Shown here in pieces: positions 56,001-64,000 of a stretch of DNA of 64,000 nt. Under the pieces are notes generated by a model, which was not told the DNA's origin, searched no databases, and saw nothing but the letters and a program-made list of their open reading frames with translations. Made by a program: the position numbers and the translations under genes. The stretch lies in NCBI GenBank assembly GCA_045576355.1, contig JAZNGG010000029.1:8109-72108 (forward strand). The letters are read 5' to 3'. The stretch's first letter is position 1, and every line of letters begins with the position of its first letter. Origin of the DNA: Bacteroidales bacterium. Lineage in GTDB: Bacteria; Bacteroidota; Bacteroidia; Bacteroidales; UBA3663.

Positions 56001-59000
56001 ATGAGTATGAAAACCTGGAAAGACAATCTTGAAGAGACCAAACAGAGATATACAGACTGGTGGAATCATAAAGGGATCGTTCTCAACATGTGGGAACACT
56101 TTCAAACCGGAGTTATCCCGCATGCCGACATCCCGGCACCGACCCCACCGAGGGATCTTAATCAGCGATGGTTTGACCCGAACTGGAGGGCTGAATATCT
56201 GGATTGGTATGTGGCACACAGCTCACTGAAAGCAGATATGCTGCCGGTGGCAAATACACAACTCGGTCCGGGCTCGCTGGCTGCGATCTTAGGAGGAAGA
56301 CTGGAGGGAGGTGAAGACACCATTTGGATTCATCCGGATCCGAATTATAATGACGATTTCAGTTTCGATCCGAATCACCCGAACTTCCTACTCCACAAGC
56401 AGCTCCTTAAAGCCTGCAAGCAAAAGGCTCAAGGGCACTATTATGTCGGTATGCCTGACTTAATGGAGGGATTGGACGTATTGGCTGCCATCAAGGGGAC
56501 CGACAAAGTGCTCTTGGACACGGTGATGCAGCCGGAAGTATTGGAGCAACAATTGCAACGCATCAACGATATCTATTTCCAGGTCTTTGACGAACTCTAT
56601 GAGATAATCCGAGAAGGAGATGAAATGGCATTCTGCTATTTCTCTTCATGGGCACCGGGCAAGATGAGCAAAATACAGTGCGATATCTCAACCATGCTCT
56701 CAGAGGATGATTATAGGCGTTTCGCACAACCATTCCTCCGGGAACAATGTCAGAAAATCGACTATACACTCTATCATCTGGATGGCGTCGGAGCCATGCG
56801 ACACCTGCCGGCATTGCTGGAAATCAAAGAACTGAATGCCATCCAGTGGACACCCGGCGTCGGCGAGCCACAAGGTGGTTCTCCCAAATGGTATCAACTC
56901 TACAGACAGATTCTCGATGCCGGAAAGAGCATTATGGCTTGCTGGGTAACTCTGGACGAGTTGAGACCTCTGTTGGACAACATCGGCGGAGATGGTGTCC
57001 ACTTAGAAATGGACTTCCATAACGAAGCAGAGGTGGAACAAGCCATGAAGATTGTCGAGGAATATCGCTCCTCGTCCAGTCGTCCTGCCACCGCTCTATC
57101 TCAACAGTCCTCCCCCATTGTCCTTTCCTCCGAACCTCGCACCACATCATCACACGCTATAGAGCATCCCACCAGCGCTTCCGAACCTCTCTACCCGATA
57201 GAGGAGATTGCTCGGAAACGAATATTGGTTTTGGATGGGGCCATGGGGACCATGATTCAGACATACAATCTCTCTGAAGAGGATTTCCGAGGAGAAAGAT
57301 TTGCCCGACATACGCACCCGCTTAAAGGGAACAATGACCTCCTTTCGCTGACCCGTCCGAAGATCATCGAAGAAATACACCGCAGATATCTCTCTGCCGG
57401 TGCAGACATCATTGAGACCAACACTTTCAGCGCACAAAGGATCTCAATGGCAGATTACGGACTCTCCGAATCTTGTCGAGAAATCAATCTTGCAGCATGT
57501 CAGATCGCAAGAAAAGTGGCCGATGAGTTTACTCAAATGACTCCGGACAAGCCTCGTTTTGTAGCAGGATCGGTCGGTCCGACCACCAAATGTTGCTCTC
57601 TCTGTTCGGACATACATCATGTCGAAAGACGTCCTCTCGATTTTGACACCATCGCCGCTGCCTATCGTGAGCAAATAGAGGCACTCATCGAGGGAGGAGT
57701 AGATACACTCTTGATAGAGACCATCTTTGACACGCTCAATGCCAAAGCAGCCATCTATGCAGCACAAGAAGCAATGCAGCACTGCAAACGGAAACTCCCC
57801 ATCATGCTCAGTCTCACATTGGCTGATTCGACCGGACATAATCTCGCAGGGCAAGATATCGATGCTTTCTTGGCTTCGGTGGCGCATGCTCCGATCTTCT
57901 CTATCGGTCTCAACTGCTCTTTCGGGGCAGAACAGATGAAACCATTCCTCCGCCAGATCGCACAAAAAGCCCCCTACTACATCAGCGCATACCCCAATGC
58001 CGGTCTGCCCGATGAGCACGGAAATTATGATCAGACTCCGGAAGAGATGCAGCAACAGGTGTGGCCGCTCATCGAAGAGCATCTGATCAACATCATAGGG
58101 GGTTGTTGCGGGACAACAGATCGGCACATCGCTCTCTACGAGTCTCTCGTGCATCCGGCTCCACAGATCTATGTTTCCCCACATCGTCCTGTATCTAAAG
58201 CGGCTTATGTCACACTCTCTGCCGGTAAAGCGCTCGACTGGAAACCCTCAGAGACTCTTATCGTCGGTGGTAGCATCGATGCTTCTCAACACTCCACTCT
58301 GATCGAACAGATCAAAAAACGTCAGTGGGGAGAGATTACCGAAACCGCTACGACACAAATCGAAAACGGAGCATCACTGATCCTTATCCAACCGGATACA
58401 GAGACTGCGCCTTGCGATGCTCAGTCAGCCGAAGAGGTGGTCAGAGCGCTCACAGCCGATGCCACCATAGCTGCGACTCCGCTCTTCCTCTCATCCTCTT
58501 CGGAAGAAGCACGAACCATATTTGCCAAAAATCTGCAAGGGCGCAGTATCATCGGACCATTAACCTTTAAGAGGGGTGAGGATCATTTTCTCGCAGAGGC
58601 ACATCGACTGCACCGACTTGGCGCTCTGGTGGTCTTCCGTCCGGAAACAGACGAAGACCCAAATCCGAAAACCGAACGGCGCATCGACCTATGTCTCCGA
58701 GCATATCTGCTTCTGACATTGGAAGTGGGCTATCAGCCTTCAGAAATCATCATAGATCCGATCACACCTCAATTCTCACGGAGACACTCCATCGCTCCAT
58801 TCATAGAGACCGTAGAATGGTTGCGACACAACTGGCCAAGCATACATCTGCTTTGTAATCTCGATGCACTGATAGAGCATCTCAATGTCCATGCTGCCAT
58901 CGCAACAAGTCTGCAAAGCGAATTTTGCCAAATGGCTAAAAATGCAGGATGTGATCTGATTATCACCGCTCACCCCGAGATGTTAGGTCTGCAAGAGACA

Positions 59001-59750
59001 CTCCGGCAAGGGGCAGAAGGAGATCATCATGCCCTGGATCGGCTCGAGAAAATCAGTAAAAACGCTTCACTTGCCAACAGCTCGTCCAGTCATCAGACAC
59101 AAACTGAAAAAACAGAATCGTCTGACGAAGTCTTCTCTGCTATCTTGGAGGGTAAAGCCGAAAAAGCCGTGGAGGCAACACGCCAAGCCATCGAACAAGG
59201 AGAGACTCCGCAGCAGATTATCAACCGCCAGATGATACGTGCCATGGGAGAAGTAGGAAGCCGATTTGAAAGCGGAAAAGCTTTTGTGCCCCAACTGCTG
59301 ATGGCAGGAAGAGCTATGAAAGCTGCATTAGACCTGCTTAAGCCCCTCATGAGCGGCGAAGCCTCAGCATCGGCGGGCAAGGTGGTCATAGGTACCGTCA
59401 AGGGAGACCTGCACGACATCGGCAAGAATCTCGTTGCATCGATGTTAGAGGGTTGTGGATTTGAAGTGATCAACATCGGTATAGATGTCTCCGCAGAGAC
59501 CTTTGTCGAGGCTGTACGCGAACACAAACCCGACATCCTCTGTCTCAGCGCCCTGCTGACCACAACGATGACCTATATGCCAACAGTGATCCAGGCTCTC
59601 AGCGATGCAGGACTCCGTGACTCAATAAAAATCATGGTAGGTGGAGCTCCTGTCAGTCAAGAATTTGCGGACCAGATCGGAGCCGACGGCTATAGTGACA
59701 ATGCCAATGCAGCCGCTCATCTCGCTCAGAAACTAATGAAAGAACAATAG
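56001..59750 (+). CDS. Fusion protein: URO-D-like methyltransferase domain + MetH-type homocysteine S-methyltransferase domain + degenerate pterin-binding-like barrel + B12-cap/B12-binding domain
   Basis: 1249-aa uninterrupted ORF. Zn-ligand Cys in LNCSFG (57915-57917) and GGCCGT (58104-58109). DxHxxG in GDLHDIGKN (59406-59423). See findings for the domain parsing. Confidence 0.75.
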   Translation: MSMKTWKDNLEETKQRYTDWWNHKGIVLNMWEHFQTGVIPHADIPAPTPPRDLNQRWFDPNWRAEYLDWYVAHSSLKADMLPVANTQLGPGSLAAILGGRLEGGEDTIWIHPDPNYNDDFSFDPNHPNFLLHKQLLKACKQKAQGHYYVGMPDLMEGLDVLAAIKGTDKVLLDTVMQPEVLEQQLQRINDIYFQVFDELYEIIREGDEMAFCYFSSWAPGKMSKIQCDISTMLSEDDYRRFAQPFLREQCQKIDYTLYHLDGVGAMRHLPALLEIKELNAIQWTPGVGEPQGGSPKWYQLYRQILDAGKSIMACWVTLDELRPLLDNIGGDGVHLEMDFHNEAEVEQAMKIVEEYRSSSSRPATALSQQSSPIVLSSEPRTTSSHAIEHPTSASEPLYPIEEIARKRILVLDGAMGTMIQTYNLSEEDFRGERFARHTHPLKGNNDLLSLTRPKIIEEIHRRYLSAGADIIETNTFSAQRISMADYGLSESCREINLAACQIARKVADEFTQMTPDKPRFVAGSVGPTTKCCSLCSDIHHVERRPLDFDTIAAAYREQIEALIEGGVDTLLIETIFDTLNAKAAIYAAQEAMQHCKRKLPIMLSLTLADSTGHNLAGQDIDAFLASVAHAPIFSIGLNCSFGAEQMKPFLRQIAQKAPYYISAYPNAGLPDEHGNYDQTPEEMQQQVWPLIEEHLINIIGGCCGTTDRHIALYESLVHPAPQIYVSPHRPVSKAAYVTLSAGKALDWKPSETLIVGGSIDASQHSTLIEQIKKRQWGEITETATTQIENGASLILIQPDTETAPCDAQSAEEVVRALTADATIAATPLFLSSSSEEARTIFAKNLQGRSIIGPLTFKRGEDHFLAEAHRLHRLGALVVFRPETDEDPNPKTERRIDLCLRAYLLLTLEVGYQPSEIIIDPITPQFSRRHSIAPFIETVEWLRHNWPSIHLLCNLDALIEHLNVHAAIATSLQSEFCQMAKNAGCDLIITAHPEMLGLQETLRQGAEGDHHALDRLEKISKNASLANSSSSHQTQTEKTESSDEVFSAILEGKAEKAVEATRQAIEQGETPQQIINRQMIRAMGEVGSRFESGKAFVPQLLMAGRAMKAALDLLKPLMSGEASASAGKVVIGTVKGDLHDIGKNLVASMLEGCGFEVINIGIDVSAETFVEAVREHKPDILCLSALLTTTMTYMPTVIQALSDAGLRDSIKIMVGGAPVSQEFADQIGADGYSDNANAAAHLAQKLMKEQ

Positions 59751-59812
59751 AAACTGAGAACCGAGAGAGGTGTATATCTCCTCTCTCGGTCTCTCCCTTA
59801 ATAAAAACCATT

Positions 59813-61408
59813 ATGATCAACACACATTTCTTTAAAGTAGAGGATTGGGTTATTTTATCCACTTACTTTATCCTTCTTCTTTTAATCGGTATTTATGCCA
59901 GCCGCAAGGCAAGCCAAGGTAGTGCCAGTTTTATGGCAGGCAACTCTCTGCGATGGTACCATATCGGCTTCTCTATGTGGGGCACCAATGTCGGTCCGTC
60001 CATGCTTATAGCCTCAGCGAGTGCAGGCTTCACCACTGGCATAGTTTCGGGCAACTATGCCTGGTATGCTTTCATCTTCATCGCGCTGCTTGCCTTCGTC
60101 TTTGCTCCTCGCTATTTAGGTGAAAAAGTGATGACACTCCCGGAGTTTATGGGTAAACGTTTTAGCAGTTCCACTCGAGGTGTTTTGGCATGGTACACCA
60201 TCGTCACTGTACTCATCTCATGGCTGGCACTTACACTCTTTGCCGGAGGTGTTCTCATTCGTCAGATCTTTGACATTCCGATGTGGCTCTCTGCCACCAT
60301 CCTACTCCTCATCTCCGCCTTTTTCACCATTCTCGGAGGACTGAAAGCCATCGCCTATACCAATGTATATCAGATGTTGCTCCTCATCATTGTCTCCCTC
60401 GCCCTTACTGTCTTTGGCATCTTTAAGTTGGGAGATGGTTCTTTCTTCGGAGGTATTCAAGTGCTGGGTGATCCTCAAATCATCCCGGACAACTACTGGC
60501 GTCTCTTCCAGCCCAATGAAGACCCGGCATTCCCATGGCTCCCGATCCTTTTGGGATATCCGATCTCCGGCATCTGGTTCTGGTGTACAGATCAATCCAT
60601 GGTGCAGCCTGTCCTTGCGGCTCGCAGTCTCAAAGAGGGACAACGGGGTGCCAACTTCACCGGATGGCTCAAAATCCTCGATGTACCGCTTTACATTCTT
60701 CCCGGCATACTCTGTTTTGCACTCTGTAAAACCGGCATCTTTACTTCGACTCCTGCTCCGGACAATGCCTATATGACGATGGTCTCCAATCTTTTCCCCT
60801 CCGGCATGGTGGGTCTTGTCATGGCGATTCTTACCGCAGCTTTGGTGAGCACTATTGGGTCTGCTCTCAATGCGCTCAACACGGTTTTCACCATGGACAT
60901 ATATGTTAAAAATATCCGTCCGCAAGCTACCTCACGCGAAATTACCAATATGGGACGTCTGGTCACCGTTACCGGCTCCATCCTCAGCATCCTTATTTGT
61001 GTCTGCATTGATAACATCCGAGGGCTGGATCTCTTCAATATCTTCCAGTCCGTCCTCAGCTTCATTGCTCCTCCGATGGCTGCAGTCTTTGTGATGGGTG
61101 TTTTCTGGCGTAAGTGTACTACGATGGCTGCCAATCTTACCCTTACTGTGGGGACACTTATCTCCATCGGTATCGGAGTGCTCTATCTTTGGGCATGGCC
61201 CATCGCTTCGTGGAAACCCCACTTCATGATGCTCTCTTTCTATATCTTTGTCTTATTGGTTGTCGGGATGGTTATCATCAGTCTTTGTGGGAAAAAAGAG
61301 ACGCACGAACCCATCAAGATACTCCGCAGCCCTATCTCTTTAGAGACCAAAATAGGTTGGGGATTGCTGTTTGCTGTCATGATAGGTTTATATGTGTGGT
61401 TTAATTAA
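59813..61408 (+). CDS. Sodium:solute symporter (SSS/SGLT family)
   Basis: 531 aa, ~13-14 TM segments, SSS-type N-terminus (...FMAGNSLRWYHIGFSMWGTNVGPSMLI...). Confidence 0.8.
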   Translation: MINTHFFKVEDWVILSTYFILLLLIGIYASRKASQGSASFMAGNSLRWYHIGFSMWGTNVGPSMLIASASAGFTTGIVSGNYAWYAFIFIALLAFVFAPRYLGEKVMTLPEFMGKRFSSSTRGVLAWYTIVTVLISWLALTLFAGGVLIRQIFDIPMWLSATILLLISAFFTILGGLKAIAYTNVYQMLLLIIVSLALTVFGIFKLGDGSFFGGIQVLGDPQIIPDNYWRLFQPNEDPAFPWLPILLGYPISGIWFWCTDQSMVQPVLAARSLKEGQRGANFTGWLKILDVPLYILPGILCFALCKTGIFTSTPAPDNAYMTMVSNLFPSGMVGLVMAILTAALVSTIGSALNALNTVFTMDIYVKNIRPQATSREITNMGRLVTVTGSILSILICVCIDNIRGLDLFNIFQSVLSFIAPPMAAVFVMGVFWRKCTTMAANLTLTVGTLISIGIGVLYLWAWPIASWKPHFMMLSFYIFVLLVVGMVIISLCGKKETHEPIKILRSPISLETKIGWGLLFAVMIGLYVWFN

Positions 61409-61612
61409 GACTGAACACAAAACATACTAAAGACATCACTGCCTGCTTTTAACCACAATCGGTCATTAAAACGCAAGACAAACATACATAATAATCTAAT
61501 GACCACTTAGGGTTTATCGGACAGTCCCCATTGCCCAAAGGCAAACAAAAATGTGATATAACAAACACTTAAAAAAGGGGTTGATATATAGAAGTAATAA
61601 AAGACAATATCC

Positions 61613-61662
61613 ATAATGCGAGGGTGTGACACTATTTTCATTTTGTCACACCCTCGCATTAT
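61613..61662. terminator. Bidirectional hairpin terminator between convergent genes
   Basis: Perfect 18-bp stem ATAATGCGAGGGTGTGAC / GTCACACCCTCGCATTAT with a 14-nt loop. Confidence 0.6.
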
Positions 61663-61745
61663 TATTAGTGGGTTCAATTATAAACTCCAATCGATCATTA
61701 GACAGCCAAGTCGCTTTTATTCATGTCCGATTGGCGTTAAGAACC

Positions 61746-64000
61746 TTAGAAATCGAGTTTCAGGCCGGCGAAGAAAGAGCGGGGCATATCGGGCCCATAC
61801 ATATAACCGGCATCGCGTAACTCCCCTTTATCGAAGTCTTCTTGATAAGCATTAAAGATATTCTGCACTCCGGCATTGAGTTGGAGCACTGTACCTCCTC
61901 TTAAGTCGAAATCATAACTGAGTTTGAAGTTCAGGTCAAAAAATTCGGGAGTCTCCACAGCAATGTCCTCAGGTACATATCCGGCTACGTGTTGCATCAG
62001 CATGCTTCCCGTATAAGTTCCTGACAAGGCAGCTGTCAAAGGCTTGACAGGATTATAACTCAATGTGAAATAACCATAAGCCTCCGGTGTACGGGCAATG
62101 CGTTTTTCTGCTTTGGCTGTCTCACTCCATTGTTCCGCTTTCTTGTATTCGCTCTTTTGGAGTGTGGCTCCTGCCTGCAATTGCAGCATATTACGATAAG
62201 CCAATTTACCCTCCAAAGTCACACCATAAACATCAGCTCCCGAAGCATTGTGACGCTCCAGTGTGAGGATTCCATCCTCATGACTTTTCTCTCTCAAAGC
62301 AAACACATCATTGAGAGTCGTATAGAATCCCTCAATCAAGAAATTGCCCTGAAAGTCTCCCCAACGATGATATAAGTCGGCAGAGAGGCTGAAACTGTGC
62401 GACTTCTCCTCCTGCAGATCATCAGCCAATTCGATCATCGATACACCTCCACCGACAGCCTCGATGTGAAGATCCTCGTCAAAGGCCTGTGGCGCACGGA
62501 ATCCGGCAGAATAGCTGACACGGAAGTTGATGTTTTCCGAAGGGTTGAAACGAAGGTTGGCTCGCGGACTGAAGATAAGGCCATCGATCAGATTATGTTT
62601 GTCAAAGCGACCACCGATGAGGAAACTCCAACGATCATTCTTCCACTCATTTTGCAAAAAGAGACTTCCGATATGCACAGTCTGCTTCAACTCTCGACCA
62701 TAACCCCACATATTATCCTCAAGGGCATCGCGATTATACTCCATACCTCCTGTGAAAGCCGCCGGCATAAAGAGACATCGTTCGAAGTTATAGACATACT
62801 GACCGCCCACTACTGTGGTGAGATCTGTGGTGGCACCATAAGCATACGGATCACGTCCGGCTCCGTAATAACTCTTACGGTCGATGTGCTGCGCTGAGGC
62901 ATAAAGACTCACCCGATGCTTCTCGTTGGGACTAAAATAATCAAACTTCAGGCCTCCTCCATTGATACTATGCTCGGTCTGTTCACAGATATTCGCCTGA
63001 TGAGGGGGCAGATCCAGAGAGTCTCCTCCACGACGAAACTCCTCGATGTGGTGATATTCAAAAGAGAGTTTGCTATAAAGACCGGTCTTGATATAAGAGC
63101 GAAATCCAATGGTCTGCTGATGCAACTTACACAACTCACTATATCCATCTCCATTGGCATCATATTCTTCGCGCTGACGATTTTGACCGAAAATGAAAAG
63201 TCCCGCCTTCCGATTATCTGTCACTAAGGAAGCATTGAGTGTAGAACTATGATCTATGGCTCCATCGATCGACATCGTTGTGTGAGCCAATTGTCCACTA
63301 TTACGCAATGGCTCCTTTGTAATAATATTGATCGTTCCGGCAATGGCAGACGAACCAAACAATGCCGAACCCCCTCCACGCATTACCTCTACTCGATCCA
63401 CCATATTGGCAGGGATTTGCTCCAGTCCATACACTCCGGAGAGAGCACTGAAGATCGGTCGGGAGTCAATAAGAATCTGTGTATAGGGACCATCGAGTCC
63501 ATTGATGCGTACCTGCTGGAAACCACAGTTCTGGCAATTATTTTCGACACGCACACCGGGCTGATAGTTCAATCCCTCTGCCAAAGTAGGTGATGTAGTT
63601 GTCTCAAACAGACGGGAATCAACAACATTGATAAGAGTAGGAGCCAAACGACGGGAAGTCTCATTACGATTGGCAGAAACTACGACAGCATCCAGGGCTA
63701 TCAAGTCTTCAGAGATAGTAAAGTTCTCTTCCAGTGTCTTACCCTTTTTGGTTACCACTTCACGTTCGATGGTCTCATATCCCAATGTGGAAACCACCAT
63801 CGTGTATGTACCCTCCGGCAGATTCTTCAAGAAATAGTGTCCACTCTCATCCGTAGTAGTTCCGATAGTAGTCCCTTTCAGGACAACATTGACAAAAGGG
63901 ACATGCTCACCATTATCGGCATCAATCACATGTCCGACAATATTCGCATCACTGCGATTCACTTTCACATGGCTGTGTCCATGATGATCTGAATGACTCT
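61746..64000 (-). CDS. TonB-dependent receptor with CarboxypepD_reg-like N-domain; 5' end lies beyond the window
   Basis: Frame stays open to position 64000 (…SHSDHHGHSH-VKVNRSD…). The listed start at 63968 is only a GTG. Plug and 22-strand-barrel-like body with terminal ...FAGLKLDF. Confidence 0.8.
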   Translation of the reverse strand, partial: SHSDHHGHSHVKVNRSDANIVGHVIDADNGEHVPFVNVVLKGTTIGTTTDESGHYFLKNLPEGTYTMVVSTLGYETIEREVVTKKGKTLEENFTISEDLIALDAVVVSANRNETSRRLAPTLINVVDSRLFETTTSPTLAEGLNYQPGVRVENNCQNCGFQQVRINGLDGPYTQILIDSRPIFSALSGVYGLEQIPANMVDRVEVMRGGGSALFGSSAIAGTINIITKEPLRNSGQLAHTTMSIDGAIDHSSTLNASLVTDNRKAGLFIFGQNRQREEYDANGDGYSELCKLHQQTIGFRSYIKTGLYSKLSFEYHHIEEFRRGGDSLDLPPHQANICEQTEHSINGGGLKFDYFSPNEKHRVSLYASAQHIDRKSYYGAGRDPYAYGATTDLTTVVGGQYVYNFERCLFMPAAFTGGMEYNRDALEDNMWGYGRELKQTVHIGSLFLQNEWKNDRWSFLIGGRFDKHNLIDGLIFSPRANLRFNPSENINFRVSYSAGFRAPQAFDEDLHIEAVGGGVSMIELADDLQEEKSHSFSLSADLYHRWGDFQGNFLIEGFYTTLNDVFALREKSHEDGILTLERHNASGADVYGVTLEGKLAYRNMLQLQAGATLQKSEYKKAEQWSETAKAEKRIARTPEAYGYFTLSYNPVKPLTAALSGTYTGSMLMQHVAGYVPEDIAVETPEFFDLNFKLSYDFDLRGGTVLQLNAGVQNIFNAYQEDFDKGELRDAGYMYGPDMPRSFFAGLKLDF

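Noticed and set aside
1-64000. Prophage, ICE, transposon or defence island content.
   Set aside because: No integrase, transposase, recombinase, restriction, Cas, toxin-antitoxin or phage structural gene is recognisable in any of the listed ORFs. The only mobile-looking DNA is the non-autonomous repeat family.

Overview
This 64-kb window looks like chromosomal DNA from a Bacteroidales genome of a lineage that has type IX secretion. That placement rests on a porP-porK-porL cluster, a type V (Mfa/FimA-class) pilus operon, many lipoprotein signal peptides, and exact TAnnTTTG -7 promoter boxes in front of genes. I call about 42 protein genes; all functional assignments come from reading the ORF translations by eye, with no HMM or BLAST search.

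Gene content, left to right:
- porL (5' end only), porK, porP, miaB and a CoA-transferase.
- A six-gene type V pilus operon (6504-14410).
- A pectin/glycan block: an SGNH esterase and a PL10 + 2xGH43 fusion.
- A DUF486 protein, a BadF-type sugar kinase, a GHL10 protein and an ABC-F ATPase.
- An outer-membrane beta-barrel protein, yjbQ, dxs, trkA, trkH, ftsK and trxB.
- A visibly AT-rich island carrying a GT2 (frameshifted) / LAB_N / ArnT-like GT-C envelope glycosylation module.
- An NSS transporter, a ComEA-like protein, an AlkD-like protein and a CcsA-like protein.
- An AT-rich LRR plus DUF1566/FISUMP lipoprotein pair, and a beta-helix protein.
- A sugar locus: fucI, mutarotase, fucP, GH31 (YicI-like), a 1249-aa corrinoid methyltransferase fusion and an SSS transporter.
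- A 5'-truncated TonB-dependent receptor at the right edge.

I saw no rRNA, tRNA, CRISPR array, transposase or integrase.

Most interesting observations:
1. The 1249-aa fusion (56001-59750) joins a URO-D-like domain, a MetH-type homocysteine domain, an apparently degenerate pterin barrel and a B12 domain, and has no reactivation domain. It is embedded in a fucose / alpha-xylosidase / transporter locus. I propose it is a corrinoid-dependent demethylase for methylated sugars that passes the methyl group to homocysteine. This is a hypothesis.
2. Two ~0.6-0.8-kb inverted copies of a non-coding cassette lie at 14.8-15.6 kb and 48.8-49.5 kb. Each has a consensus promoter box, a ~100-nt hairpin-plus-T-run RNA candidate, and a 22-bp-periodic array of AACGAG-N6-CTCGTT palindromes and GCCGATGCG repeats. 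Each copy sits upstream of and co-oriented with an operon (pilus, fucose). Together they bracket 33 kb.
3. A modular GC-rich palindromic intergenic repeat family occurs at six loci.
4. A ~210-nt rod-like leader or sRNA ends in an intrinsic terminator 7 nt before a lipoprotein gene.
5. A C9 tract lies in a promoter-like spacer upstream of the pilus operon.
6. A one-base frameshift in a T-run splits the GT2 gene.
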